Positions 10,860 through 25,659 of a DNA stretch of 64,000 nt are shown piece by piece; position 1 is the stretch's first letter; each line of letters starts with the position of its first letter. Source of the stretch: Octopus bimaculoides (taxonomy: Eukaryota); assembly GCF_001194135.2 (NCBI RefSeq), contig NC_068994.1, positions 36,645,995 through 36,709,994 on the forward strand, written 5' to 3'. Made by a program: the position numbers and the translations under genes. The notes below the pieces were generated by a model that made no database searches, was not told the origin of the DNA, and saw only the letters and a program-made list of their open reading frames with translations.

Positions 10860-11990
10860 CAAAATGATTATTTACTATATTCAATATTTGGTTTGACTGC
10901 ATTAAGTCTTCTGGGTATAGAGTCGACTAAATTTCCGCATATAACCGATGAAATCGACTTCCATTCATCCTGAATGATGTCTTTCAACTGTGTTATATTG
11001 TGGAGTTTTTTCTCCTCAGCCTTCCTTTCAAAACACCCCACAGATGTTCCATTGGGTTTAAATCAGTTGACATGGTAGGCCAAGGCAATAACTTTACCTT
11101 TTTATCTGATGAAAACTTAGTCGTCATCTTTGGAGTGTGTTTAGGGTCATTATCATGTCGGAACATGGAATGTCTTCCTAGTTCCTTGATGCCTTTCAAC
11201 ATTGTTTTCTGCAATATGTCACAATAAAGCCTTGAATCCATTGTTCTCTCAGTAAATTTGAATTCTCCCACACTAGCCACACTCATGCATCCCCAAAGCA
11301 TAACACTTCTGCCACCGTGTTTCATGGTAGGTACAGTGTCACTATTATCTTCACCTGGTCATTGCCATACTCGTTTTATATCATCTGACCCACACAAGTT
11401 GGTTTTAGTTTCATTATTAAAGAGAATCTTATTTCAAAACTCCTTCCCCTTACTCACATAGTTTTCGGCAAAAGAAAGACAACTTGATTTATGCCTGGTA
11501 GTGAGGAGAGGCTTTCTACAAGGAATGCGTCCATAAAGACCACACTTCGGCAAACTGTTTTGGTGGACATACTCTTTCTACTAACAGAAGACACTGCTTA
11601 GGCCAAAGATAAAGTGGTATGATGCCTGTCATCCATCATGCAATGTTGGAGGGGGCGAATATCATGTGAAGTTAAAATAGAAGGATGACCTGGCTGATGT
11701 TTATTTCTTAGCCATCCAGTAGCTTTGTACTTCTGAATTATTTGTGAGGTTGACCACACCTATGAAATGCTATCAAGCATTTCAATAGGGTCAACCTTTT
11801 AGGAAAAGTCGTTATAAATTGTTATTTTGTATGATTAGTAGTATTCTATGAAAGTAGCATCCATACTTGACATCATTTCTTCTAATGGTAGGAGAGCAAG
11901 TGTAAGTATCTCATAATCATCTTTGTTGGATTATCAACAAAGTTACCTTTTGGGCACATGATTCCTTTTGCCTGTGACTCCACTTAAACC
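10860..11990 (-). mobile_element. Tc1 (DD34E) transposase remnant
   Basis: IIQKYKATG..RNK..PGHPSILT, GLYGRIPCRKPLLT, KHGGRSVMLWGCM, FRHDNDPKHT, WPTMSTDLNPMEHLWG and LVDSIPRRLNAV occur in order. Termini not recognised. Confidence 0.85.
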
Positions 11991-14900
11991 ACCTTTGTTT
12001 TCTCCTATGTACAAGAATAAGTGAGCAGAAATAACCATTGTTGGCTAGAAGACATTTTTATGATAGCAGCAGCTGAGTATTTTTCTTGGAAGATGCACAT
12101 AATATTTTTGAATGTTCTATTATTCTTGCCATCATAATTATATGAAATGTTTTAAATTAACTAAATATTACTCAAATATTATTAAGTATGGAACGAGGGG
12201 GAAAAGGTGTGGGGGATTAATAAACACAAAATTTTGTACTGCATGTCATTATGAAGACACTGACATTTCTCTACATTGTTAATCTTTTGATGATATTAAT
12301 CTCACAAATATCAATATCAAAAATAAATAAATGTTGCTTTGCTATTTTTACTTTTTCCTAAAAAATATTTAATTTTGAATATTGCTCAACACATAAAATT
12401 CTATTCATTTTAGATTGTGAGAAAAATGCCTAGAACAGTTGTTTATTTTTTTTTTTCCTCTCTGAGGCACTATTGACAAAGTTGCCAGAAGATTACTTGA
12501 TTTACAGCATAAATGAGATTTTATAACACCCCACCCATAAAAAGGTTTAGACTGTTGATAAAATTAAAATAAACTTTTTGAAGAAAATTAACTACAGAGA
12601 CTAGAGATGAAAATTTGATTTGGGCAGTCAGTGATAATAGAATAGAGAGTGAATAATACTTATCAAGATCATTCTCATTTATTTGAAGTTTTGTTGATTT
12701 TTGTGTTTTCTTGTCATTTCTATGAAAAGACAGTAACATCTTCACTTGGAGAAGAATAACAAGAAGACAGGAGGACTTATCAGTTGCCACTCAGCAAGCA
12801 CAGCTTACAATAATACTTGTTTGTTTTAAACAAAGAGTTCTATGAACAGTAGGTCATGCTGAGAAATCATGACAATGAGGGTTTAAAGAATATTATTGTT
12901 TACACTCTTAACATTTCTAATGTAATCACTATTTATATAACATATATATGTTTAATTTGTTTGTCTTTTAACATTTCTATTAAATAATCTACTACATTTC
13001 CCTCTTCTCTGCTTGTGGCACTATTATCATTCCAATCAGAATCACTGTCAATTGAGTTTATATTTTTGTACTGCGATGCACAGTGGGAAGAGAGAGAGAG
13101 AGAAAGGGAGAGGCTGGAGAGACAAAAATAACAAGAAAACAAAACTAATCAAAACAAGAAAACATAATATGCATGTGTAACTTCAATGCTGCTATAACTA
13201 ATGAGTTGTTTGAAATGTTGTTCAAAACTAATTGGGATGAAATTTCATGAAATGTAATTTGCCAGAGCATCACTATGCAGACTAACTACAATGTATTGTC
13301 TTATCTAAATTATGACTATAAATTACACTGTATTTATTAATAGCATAGAAATACAGTGCAGTATTCATTTCTTACATTGGAACATGGCCAGAACTTTGTA
13401 AGAGATGAGGTATAGTCAATTTCAGATTTGATTAACCCCAATACGAAGTTGGTATTTATTTTATCGATTTTGGTTGTATGAAATAACATGAACTCTGTAG
13501 GAGGTTGAACACATGAAATATAGAGTTTTATATAAAAAAAAAATCTCTGTCATGGCAAATCACTATCAATGTTGATCATCAGCACTAGCCATTTTATTGT
13601 TAATGCCTAAAAACAAGTGGCATGTTGATAGTTAGTTGTCAGTGAGCCTCAAGTTGGCCCTGGTTGAGTATACCTATGATAAAATGCATTCCAGCTCTGA
13701 TAGTCCTGTAGTCATATGTATCCACAACTACATTACCCATTGTGTCCTCCATTTTCAAAGATGGTAGGTTGTAGTTCAAAGTAGTTTCACTGCTATTCGT
13801 GGTAAGTTCAGGGCCCATGTACAGGCTCTCTCATTGGCTGTGCAGGTTGTTGGTGAATTATCAGGTGTCATCATCATCCCCATCATCATTATAAAGTCTG
13901 TTTTCCAAGTTGACATCGAGTGAGTGGTTTGACAGGATCCAAGTTGTAGGAGATGCATGGTTACTCTGCATCATGTGAGGGTAAGTGAGTATAGCTGGGT
14001 GAGAGATAAAGATGGTGGCTAAGGTGTGTCAGAGCATACTCTTGAGGTATAAGAAGGTGAGTATAAGGGATAATACAGACATTGTAACCGGAGGTAAGGA
14101 AAGTGTGGGTAATTTCATAAGAATGTGAGAGGAGAGTGACAGATGGTTAGAGATCAGGTCAGAGGTGGATGTAGTGAGTAATGAAAAGGTGTGGTTGATG
14201 GCAAATATCAGTACTGAGTGGGGAGGTGAGAGAAATAGAAGTGGTTCAGGAAAGAGGAGGTGACAAGTAGTTGCACAGAAGCAGTAGTATCAGTTATCTA
14301 TTATTGTAGATAAACCATGGTTCTATCTGGTTGATGATGATACGGTATAGTAGTTTATTGCATAGGGTGAAGTTGTTGCTATAATTATTTAACCCTAGAC
14401 CAGCCCTGATTGAGTAATACTATGTTCAGGAAACATTCCAGTCATGACCATCTCTTTCTGAAGATCAGCTATTTCCTTTCTTCAATACACTCAGAACCAT
14501 ATTCTCCAACATTCCTCGTTTTATGAGATGGTTCAGAGGAAATTTAACTGCTATTTCTGAAAGGTTGAACAGCCACATTTCATTTTTACTGTATTTTTTA
14601 AAATGGTGAAAATGCCATCTCTTAGACACCAACAGCACTTTTTAAAGAGAACCAACAATGGAAGATGCAGCTGCACATGTAACCAAAGATTCACAACAGG
14701 TCCTGTCTACACTACTTTACCTTCTTTGTGCCATCATGAGTAAAGAAACTATTACAAATGACAAATGTTAGACTGCCACTATAAATGATTACAAAGAAAC
14801 TGACACAAAGGTACTGAGAAGGCATCCAAGACATTAGACAGTATAGGTAGCAGAGAATACTAAAATCAACACACAGTGCAAATAGAATCTTTTTATTAGT

Positions 14901-17229
14901 AAATGGAGGGAGGTTAGCATGACATTTGTGGACCATCCCTGATAGTTGAGAAAAATTGGTGCTGAACTCCAGCTAGAACTCATTGCCATCTGGAAAAAGT
15001 AGGAATAGTGAAAAATTTTTCTGGTCTGCATTTCTGATTGAGTACATCCTTGAGTAGAGAGGGTTTTGTGGGATGATACACTAGGAATGTCGAGAGTAGA
15101 GGCAGATAAATAAGAAGAGCTTGGGCAGAAGTATTAGGCAACTTACTGCTTCATAGAAGCAGATATGCATAACAAAGATAGAAGCAGAAAGAACTGATTT
15201 TCATATACAAGTCAGTGTGCTTCTCTTAGCTTTTAATATACATGCTAAATGTTCAAGTGCTGGATTTGATTCAGGAATGTAAAAATAAAGTGTTCTCTGT
15301 CAATTTTAGTGATGAGTATTTAGTTGTTTCACCATAAAATTATCACGTAAGTGTCTGAATATTCCACACACTCATGTACACTAAATGCAAACCACAGACA
15401 AAATTAACATGACATAGTGTGCCAAGGTTGTGCCCCTGAACCTATCCAATCGGTTTTCACACTGTTTCTGTGTACCTAATTTCACCCATAAGACTTTATT
15501 GGTAAACCTGAGATTGACCACCATACATCCAGTCTTCGTTGTGATGTAATGGCTTTTGTGTCTCAGTGACCCTTCCCCAAGAGCTATGTCAACAGGGCAC
15601 AAGCTCTTGGTAGAGCTTCCGACACTGGACAGAACAAAGGATAGAGTCCAGATTAATATGGACCACCTCTTCCCAGAGGTAAAAATTAGTTTGCTGGAGC
15701 CAACACCCTTACTTAGACAAAAAAAAACCCACAAGTTACAGGAACATTGATGACAATTCAAAATCCCCAAGATTTGGAAAAGGGCAGCCCTAAGTCAAAA
15801 ACAATAGAGAAAAATCATGGATGGCCTATGTTCCATAGGGAGCAAGGTGTTTAACTGAGACTTGAATTATGGTAGAAGACAGCTACCCAACTTGCATTGC
15901 AGTGAGATCAAATTTGGATCATTTACACCTAAGAAGACTTAACCTCATGCATTAGATTATATTTGATCAAAGTGCATTGGTATATATTTTGACATGTAGT
16001 GGGTGATGATAGTGCTATTGGGATAGTGGTATTAGCAGGTCTGATATTAGCAAGTTTATTGAACCTCAGTGGCTTATTTCATTTACATTAATTATTTTTG
16101 AGTTGAAAAGAATATATTACTGTAAGAAATTAACTTTAATAAGAGTAATTTGTACTTCATTAAGTTATATAAATAAACAGTAAAACATTGTTAATTATCA
16201 TGCTGAAGTTTTAGAAATATAATGGAGTTTAATAGTTATTATTGGAACACACATCAACATTTTCCATAACTCTGATTTGTCTAGACTGAAATTTGAAAGA
16301 CAGGTTCCCAAATAAATGCATTAGTCAAACACGAAACCATTATTTGATATATTTTTTAGAAAAGTTTGGATATGCTTTAAGTATTTTATTTGTGTGATTA
16401 AAAGTAACTCAATAATGTGTGTGACCTTTGCTTATTAGTGAATGAGCTGTGCAATGAAGATGACATTTTAGTTAAATAATTGTTTTGCCATGTTTAACAT
16501 AGCTAATATGTGTCTCTTCTCAGTTAAATGCACCACAAGATCATGGCAATTGGCATAATAGTAGAATGGTATTTGTTACATGATTGGCAGATATATTTTC
16601 TCTTGCCTGACAATGATCTGTTATTAGTTTGGTTCACTTCATGTAACCTTGAATGACTGTCTTACAGAGCTTGACAAAAATCACATGTTTTCTCCTACCT
16701 TGTGCATCTTACATCTTCTCTCATTTTGTGCATTTTATTTATATTTCTGGCATCAACCAAAGGCTCATCTTGACTATATTTAGTTAGAGCTATCCTTATT
16801 TTACATTCCACCAAGTAATGTATTCAGTTAAAATTATTATTTAATTAAACTGACAATTGTTTTTGAAGTTATTTCATTATCTTTCATAAATATCTATTGA
16901 GCCTGAGAAGACAAAGCAAAAGATATCTTCTCTTTTCATGCATTTTTGTTCCTCTGTTATTGACACCTCACTCATTTACTCTCACTGCACATGTATGTGT
17001 GTGTGTGAGTGTGTGTGTGTACATCCCTCCCTACATGCACAAACACACCCACCCANNNNNNNNNNNNNNNNNNCCCACACACACACACACACACACACAG
17101 ACACACACACAACTATGTATATATATATTTCTCAGGATTTTAACAAATACAGTTATTAATTCAGTTAAATTCAATACTTTCATAGAGATCTTGAAAACAT
17201 TTGGCAAAGTGTACATGTCAACCTTGTCT

Positions 17230-17470
17230 ATTCAATAGCACCAAGTCACAACGCAAACCAATTAAAGATACTTATACCATGACATCTTTTCCATTCAAGA
17301 ACAAAACAGAGCTAAAGGTCTCAAAGTTTCTACAAATGTTAGGCTTCATGATACCTGTTGACCTTTCATGGAAGCCACAACTCTATCAAATGACTAAGAT
17401 TGCATCTCAAAGGTTACACTTTCAGTAAGGCTCAGAAATGTTGGTGGCTTTCTGTAAGGAACAAGTACAT
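17230..17470 (+). mobile_element. CR1/Crack-like LINE RT C-terminal remnant
   Basis: ORF 17201-17428 includes FLQMLGFMIPVDLSWKPQLYQMTKIASQRLHF (cf. LLGLTI..DLSW..HI..IAK.ASQKL). Confidence 0.5.
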
Positions 17471-18779
17471 TCCCCACATTAAAGTAAGTCCTCATATCTG
17501 ACATATGTATAACAAACACAAACATTCTGGACTATATTAAATATATAGGTATGTTTTGTTCGCCAATGGGCTTACTAACTTACCACACCACTATCATCTT
17601 CTTTGTAAAAACACAAAACAAATGTGTGCGTGTGTGTGTGCGTGTGTGTGTGTGTGTGTGTAAATTTATACATACATTATATATATATTTCATCAGTAAC
17701 CAGTTTATGATCATATCTGTATCCTGTATCTTTGAAAAATCTTTAAATTACTTTTGTATTCTATATCATATACCCTGATGTATTAACTCTGTTTCATTTA
17801 ATACATCCTATTACGTTATATGTCTACACTAGTGCAGTCATGAAAGACAATTTGAAAAGGCAGCTCTGTATTAGAGGCATTAATCATTGCTTATAACAGT
17901 TAATGTCTTTTATGCACAGGTGCTTTCTCAATTCACTGGCACTCATTCTTTCTCTAATGTTCTGGTTGCACAAGCAAGAGATCATGCTTAACTTCCCTAT
18001 TTAAGAAGCTATAGATCCAAAACATTGTTTATTATATATAAACCCACTTCTGGTACGTGCATTGTATAGTCTATCCTTTAAAGAAAAGAGAGTCATTTTG
18101 TTGCCATCAAAATAAATTGTTCTGTAAATTTTTTCCACTTACTAAGACTGTAAAACTGTTTAAACCCTTCTAAATAAGTGAAAAGTTTACTATTATTCAG
18201 TGATGTATCTGTTCAGACATTGAATGTTCATGCTATTAGCTGTATATATGTGGCACTTAAAGTGCTGGTTTTTGGTTAGTTTCCATGAAATCCCATTACA
18301 TCTGTTATGTGTCTGCTGGTTGAACTTATAAGCAATAATTGTTTAGCTGCACAGTTCCAGTAATTAATATGAACATTTATCTGATGCTACTGGACTTTGG
18401 AGATAGCAGCTGTTAACTTCAAATATATTTTACTCTTATGTTTCAAACATCTTCTGCAGTTCTTATATTGATTCTGTTTCGAGAAATATTATAGTTAGTA
18501 CAAAATTTTCTCACTGATTTAGTTTCATGAAAAAGAATAAAAATCTGAAGACTAAAGATAAATTCTGGGGAAACAGTTACCTAAATCTTATACTCATCAC
18601 TGAATTAATTTCTTAACTTTACCGTTTCTAGTTTCTTTATATATTGTGTAAACATTTTTTCAAGATTTTATTAGTAGACCCCTCAAATACTTAACTTTTA
18701 TACCTGCTAATCTCTTCAGTACAATATTTTCTCCCATTACAGGGATTTATTATGATTTGTGTAAACATGATAGTATCAC

Positions 18780-19860
18780 TCATTTTCAAGAACGTTCACT
18801 TTAATACTGATAACTACTGACCTATTCTTATTTCAACATCTCAAAGATATTGCAGATACTGGAAAGAACCACCAACTTCATAACATTGTTTCTCTCCTTT
18901 CTCACCAGTAAGGTTTCTGTTGAGTCAGTGACTTTCTCTCTTAGAATACACTAGTGTCTTTTCACCTTCAAAAACTTTGACTTCAGCAAAACCGTCAAAA
19001 ATATCTGACTGGTATAGGAACATTCTAACAAACTTGTCTGCTTATGGACGACATCTATCTCTAAACTCTTACATTACTGTTTTAACATCAGAACATTCCA
19101 TTGTTGTTTTTGCTGATGGATGTCTCTCTTTTACATTCTAATAAGACTGGTAGTGCATGTATTCAAAAGGGTTATTTTATGTCACTGGTACTTTCCTTTC
19201 TGTTTATTAAGGACATAGCTTCTATTTTCTGTCTAACAATAAACATTATTTATATAAATAGTGTCTTTCACTCCTTAACTTCTCGTCCCCAGAAGCATCA
19301 TCTATATGCTACCTGGACACTTCATGCCAGATTTGCCTTGTTTCTTTGCACAGTGACTGAAAACACCCTTCAATGGAAATATGACAAGTAAGACCTTTAA
19401 CTGTCACCAAAAATTTATCCTTGCACATATCACAGAAATAAAATAATTATCATTCATATCAAAACAAGAATCTTGAGCCAGATTGTTTATATACATGAAC
19501 AATAGACAACTAAACCTTCCAACATCACTGCTAATGTTAATGTAAAAAACCTGTATATTTCACATTCATAACATTGTCAAAACTGTAATCCAAAAACTAA
19601 TTTTTCTGTCATTGCTCGAAACAACACCTCAAGTGTAGGCCAACTTGAGTATTCTTATTATCCTTTGTAATTTTTAGTCCTTATATCCAATATTAAACAT
19701 GTTCTAAACCATCCTCCTCAGACTGCAACTGTCTTCAGTAAACCTCTACCATCTACACTTTTACTGCAAATATTGCCTTCTAGAAGTTAATACTGAACAT
19801 AAACCATATCGATCTCACCAACCTGGATAGGTCTATCTCATGCCATGGGCACTACTCTTC
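18780..19860 (+). mobile_element. CR1/Crack-like LINE RT remnant, heavily decayed
   Basis: Fragmentary motifs in colinear order: DFSKTV..WYRNILTNLSAYG, VVFADG, LSFLFIKDI, IQKLIFL. Boundaries approximate. Confidence 0.5.
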
Positions 19861-20654
19861 ATCTCTGATTAATTAATAATAATAAAAATCTCCCATTAAT
19901 GGCTTTCTATTTGTGAATTTCTTGAAGGTGAAAAAATATTGCAGCACTGATTGTATGTAGTGGAAAAGATAAAACTGCATTCTTTCAATTTTTAATTTGT
20001 TATGCTCTCAATACATTCTTTTAATTATTTAGTTTATTAGCATTACTTTACAACAGTTTTTTTTTCATAGTACATGGCTGTGTTTTTATTATTGAATGTT
20101 TTTATTACTTCATTAACTTATTTTTTTAGCTCGGCAGTTAAAAACATTTCTGCAAGTCACTGGAAATGGTAATTCTTACTCAACGTAATTGAGGGTTGTT
20201 ATTTATACTTATTTCAGTTATGAACAATGGTAAAGCTACTTGAAATAGTCAACCAAATCTCCATCATACCATTTCTTACTATCTTAAAAATAGATTCCTT
20301 GCATAATGAAATCATTGATACATTATGCCTGAAGAAGTAAAACCAAAAATGAAGATAGGCATGGCTAGACCGCCTTTGATCATAGGACTATTTGATCAGG
20401 ACTGGCTGGTGTGGGACTGAAAACACAATAACTATTTTCATTTTTTGACTCAGCAGTTATTAATGTTGTTTAGTCCAAGATCAACCATGATCAAAGCATT
20501 CCAACAGTGGCCATACCACCTTTTCAGTTTTATGTAGGACTAGGAATACATCTTCAAAAGTATTTTTCCTGACTTAAGATTGCTATGGTCTTATTGAAGA
20601 AATATTTTGTTGTAATATGTACTTGCATACACATGAATAGTATGAGCAAGTTCA

Positions 20655-21085
20655 TGTGTGTATGTTTCAAAGTGGAGAGATGTTGCTTCCCAACTGCATG
20701 GTTCCAGGTTCAATTTCACTGCATGGCAATTTAGGCAAGTGTCTTCTATTATAGCCTTGGACTGACCCCTGTGAATGAATTTGGTAGATGGAAACTGAAA
20801 GAAACCTGTTATCTGTCTGTCTATCTATCTGTCTCTATATATGTATATATCTATGTGTGTGTGTGTGTGTGTGTCTTTGTGTCTGTATTTGTCTCCCTGC
20901 AGCATTTGACAACTGGTGCTGGTGTGTTTATGTCCTTGTAACTTAGTGGTTCAGCAAAAGATACTGATAGAATAAGTACCAGGCTTTAAAAAAGTAACTC
21001 CTGAGTCAATTCATTCGACTAAAAATTCTTCAAGGTAGTGCCCCAGCATGACATTAGTCTCATGACTGAAACCAGTAAAATATAA
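20655..21085 (+). mobile_element. SINE family B, full length
   Basis: Head GCTTCCCAACTGCATGGTTCCAGGTTCA..GGCAAGTGTCTTCT, central (TCTA)n/(TG)n, 3' part ..CCCCAGCATG..GACTGAAAC. Confidence 0.85.
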
Positions 21086-21119
21086 AACACACACACACAC
21101 ACACACACAGAGTCTTCTG

Positions 21120-21930
21120 AACTGGTAATACAATATGTCCCAGTTATAAGATATTTAATGATAAACTATAGGGTCTTCAGGTGACCAAAATACATACACT
21201 TATTTCATTATTACTGAGAGAGAGGAAGACAAGCAAGGAATTGCAGAAAATTATGGGAATTGGGCCAGTTATGGCTGTTGTGAAGAACACTGAAATAGTT
21301 TAAATCTGTAATTAATAACATGAATTCCAGTATGAAATTTACAATAGAATATAGTCAAACACAGCTCCCCATTTTTGACATCTTAATTACAAAAAGAGAT
21401 ATGAACATTGAAAGTGACATCTACTTCAAATCAACAAACTCAAAACAATGTATGCTATGTTTTCCCTGCCAACCAAAAATATACAAAAAATAAATTTATT
21501 TTTTAACCTGGCAAGAATAACCTACACAATCCAGAAACTCAAGCAAATGACTTAATTCCAGTAGTCCAAAAGTGTAACTGACCTAATTGCAGAATGTGCA
21601 TCAACACCATTGAGAGTTCAACATATCATTTGCCATAAAAAAATCATATCACTTGTTCAACAAAAATTCTATGTTATCAAATGCAATATTATGAAGATTA
21701 CATAGAATAAATGGAATTAACTTTGAAGTGCAAAATGCTGGTCCACTATCAATAAATAAGACCACAGTACCAGAAAAATACCTGTTTGTAAACATCGGGT
21801 TCCTTGCCCAATCAAACAAACATTTCAAAAGACCACCATTTATGTTGGTGTATTGGGAATACCTCAGTCTGATTCAGATTAAATAAAGTGTTTATTAAGA
21901 AATATAAACCAAAACGAAATACTTTATAAC
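21120..21930 (+). mobile_element. Penelope-like element remnant (RT C-terminus and GIY-YIG end)
   Basis: NNMNSSMKFTIEYSQTQLP.FDILI..DIYFKSTNSKQ..CHP-like, ending VFIKKYKPKRN (cf. EKYFIKKFKPKLN). Confidence 0.7.
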
Positions 21931-22066
21931 AACACTATATAATGGGAAAACATATCATATTTGACTAATCTAAACAATGAGAAGCAACAAAAGTGATAAA
22001 ATTAATCATAAGTTGAGGTAACAGGCCTTATCCTGGATATGAAACTCTATCTTCAAACACTATGTA

Positions 22067-23342
22067 TCAGGTCATCCCATAACTTCTGTCCGATTTTACC
22101 ATTTTTAAAATTGAATGAAATTTAATAGTATTTTAGAATGTCTAATGGAATTAAAAATTCTTTTTATGCATTTGTGTACATTTAAACTAATTAAATATTA
22201 TTTTACAGAATAGTAGAATTAAAATTTCTTTGATTAAAACCCTTTCTAACTTGGAAGTATCCAAAGAGCATTTGAGGCACATAATGCTTTATGAGTACAA
22301 ATAAGGAAACTCTGCAGCCGAAGCGACTCAAAACATACACTCAGTTTATGGGAAAGAATACTTGAATGAAAGAACTTGCAGAAGATGGTTTGCAAAATTC
22401 AAAAGTGGAGATTTTAGCCTCAAAGATGAAGGTCGAAGAGGACGTCCAGTTGAGTTTGATGATAAGCTCCTTGAAGCATTACTTGAAGAAAATCCTGCAT
22501 TATCAGTTGAAGAATTGGCAATAAAGCTTAGTTCAAACCATACAACTGTTCATCGTTATCTTCAACAACTTGGAAAGGTTCCTAAGCTTGGAAAATGGGT
22601 GCCTCAGGAATTGTCTGCAAATCCCGAGTTGACATCTGCTCTTCTCTCCATTCTCGCGAACTCATTTCACCCTTTTTGGATAGACTTGTGACTGGTGACA
22701 AAAATGGAATCTTCTATCGAAATGTTAAACGTTGTAAACAGTGGCTTGGTAAAAAGGAAAAAGCTCAACCACAACCAAGAAAGGAACTTCATGGGGAAAA
22801 GGTTCTTCTCTCTATCTGGTGGGATTGCAAAGGAGTAATTCACTTTCAATTGTTACCACCTAATGCAACAATCACTGCTCAAGTCTACCGTCAGCAATTA
22901 GAGCATTTGAACCAAGCTTTGAAGAAAAAAAGACCCACTTTAGTGAATTGAAAAGGAGTGATGTTTCATCAGGACAATGCATGACCCCACACTGCAAAGA
23001 TCACATCACAGAAGATCGAAAAGCTTGGTTGGGAAAAAATTCCTCATCCACCTTATTCTCCCGACCTTGCTCCTTCAGACTACCATTTTTTTCGTAGTTT
23101 ACAGAATCATTTTGGGGACAACTTTTGCAAGCCAGGAGGAGGTTGAAACTGACATTTCAGAGTTCTTCGCTTTGAAACCAAAAGAGTTTTATATTGATGG
23201 GATTAAAAAGCTTGTAAACAGATGGAAGGAAGTCATAGATAATCAAGGAAAGTACATTGATGATTAAATTTCAATTAAATATAACATTTGATCACTTGTT
23301 TTCTTTATTCAAAATTCGGACAGAACTTATGGGATGACCTGA
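22067..23342 (+). mobile_element. mariner (DD34D) element, near full length, 1276 bp, inactive
   Basis: ~31-bp TIRs TCAGGTCATCCCATAACTTCTGTCCGATTTT / AAAATTCGGACAGAACTTATGGGATGACCTGA with flanking TA. Transposase 22251-23267 has WVPQEL, TGD, HQDNA and YSPDLAPSDYHFF. Start is TTG, stop at 22302, further stops and frameshifts. Confidence 0.97.
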
Positions 23343-25579
23343 TAATTACATTTTTTTGACACTATTTGCTGATGTCCTCCTAGGGTTGGCCAGTTTGATT
23401 ATGTTTTTTGCTAAAACTGAACTCTTAGGAAAGACAGAAAAAAAAATCAAATGATTCTATGATACTATTAAGCTTTCAGTTGACTAGGACATCAGAAATA
23501 TATGTAACATATTAAGGGAGTAGTGATCCAAATGGAGTTCTAAACTTCTGTCAGACAAAATAAAATGATGTCCATAGACATTATACATATCTCCTGGTAA
23601 ATCTATTCCACTATGGGTTATTTATACATAGCTTGCCATATTTTTGAGTAAATTATTTTGGTGCTCCTGTTACTTTCAAGCACCAAAATCTTTCTTTTAG
23701 TCTTGCTAATTTGATCTAGAGAAAATAACAATAATACTTTTGGAACCAGCTTGGCTGGAAGACAATTAAATTCAAGTGAGTTGCTCAAAGATACATCACA
23801 ACATCTGTAGTTCAAGGAAAATTCTTGGCCTTTGAATCAATAGTCAATCACTATCCACGTAAAGCTTACTCTTTGCTGTATATAAAAACGTCCATCTTCC
23901 CACCTAAGTTGTGCAATAAAATATTTCTGCATTCTTTCATAAACTAAAACCTTGCATCAATTTGGTTCTGTCTTCTTACCAATATACTTACAATGTATCT
24001 TTGACATGTTGAATCTTCAGAAATCTTTGCTTGTCATAAATATAGACCTCCATCTTTTGATGCACGAAATATTACTCACATAGCAAAGCAAGCATAATGG
24101 ATAGCTGTGTGCGTGCGCGTGTGTGTGTGTGTGTGTGTGTTTGTGCTTGCGTGTGTGTGTATATTTGTAGATAAACCTATGCATACACATATACATGATA
24201 TATACATGCATACATATATATATATATATGTATGCAAGGATATATGTTTAACATATGTAAACATAGAAGTACCAACATAAAATTAAGATGATAATAATGT
24301 TTGTGTGTGTTTATGTGTTTATATAAGTAGTCATCATTATCATCATCAGTCCATGTCTGCTTTCATGCAGGAAAGGGTTAAACAGTTAAGCAGGATCAAA
24401 TGGAGCAAAGGACCATGTCTTCCTCTAAAATCTTTGGAATGATTTCTACAGCAGGATACCCTTCCTAAAGCAACTAGTTTACAGAGGGTACTGGTTACTT
24501 TTTTCTTGGAAACAGCATGAGTGAGGTTGCTGTATAAATTGCAAGTCTACAATGCTCACTCAAATAACTGGGCACAGAGTAGAGAGGTAACTGGCTTAAT
24601 GCTAAGTGTTAAGACATTAAAGTACGATACAGATTTGTTGCTGTAGAGGAGATACATAGCTATTCCATATCATAAAAGGGTGGGTGAGAGTAATTGGTGT
24701 GGAGCTTGAAACAGCGATAAAAGTGGTGCTGATGAGATGTCAATGCATACCTTCAACATAGAAGAAAGTGAAAAGGAGAGAGCGTGGGGACAAAAACTTA
24801 AGTAAGGCAGGTGAGTAAAGATAGCAAGTCATCGGAGGGAGAGAGAGAGAGATGATAAGAGATAGGGGTAAAGGTGAAGGAAGTAAGCAGCAATCAAGAG
24901 TGGAGGAGTGGCAAACATAAGTGGAACAATGGCAAACAAGAGTGAGAGGGTGGCAAACAGGGGTTGCTCTTCTGTTCATGTTGAACCATACAACCCAAAC
25001 TTGCAAGGAAAAGGAGACATTAAATGACTATGATGATGATGTAGCAGCAGCAGTAGTATTAATATCAGCGGCAGTAGTAGTAGTAGTAGTAGTAGTAGTG
25101 GTCGTAGCTCTTGAAAAAAAGGGTGGCTATGACAATATTCTATACAGAGTTGTTCAGTATGAGACCTATTTCTACCTACGTTTATTTTCAGTTGAGGGTG
25201 TGCTGCTAAATTTGAATATTGTTTTAGCTGCATACATTGCAAGAAGCCGTCTACAATATTAATTGAACTTTTGTGCATACACATTCATGAACACAAAACC
25301 ATACACATTGGTAAGTGTTCATACTCATACATACAACCCCCACCTTCACCATTCTTCTCATTGACATGTACATTCATGTACATATACAGTTTATTTTAAT
25401 ATAATTGAAACATTTCTCCTTTGGAATAATCACACTTGTATAGAATATCATATTTTTGGAGATGTTTAATACATATTTATTTCTGCTACAATTTTTTTTA
25501 TTAACTTTGTTGTTATTGTATTGTCTGGCTGTTTATGTAAAGTTTTGCAATTAGTCACAAATTTTAATTGGAGTTCATA

Positions 25580-25659
<80 letters not shown>

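Noticed and set aside
24921-25284. ORFs with poly-V/L/H tracts (also 29105-29439, 37355-37642, 49555-49864)
   Set aside because: Translations of trinucleotide microsatellites with no splice or domain support.
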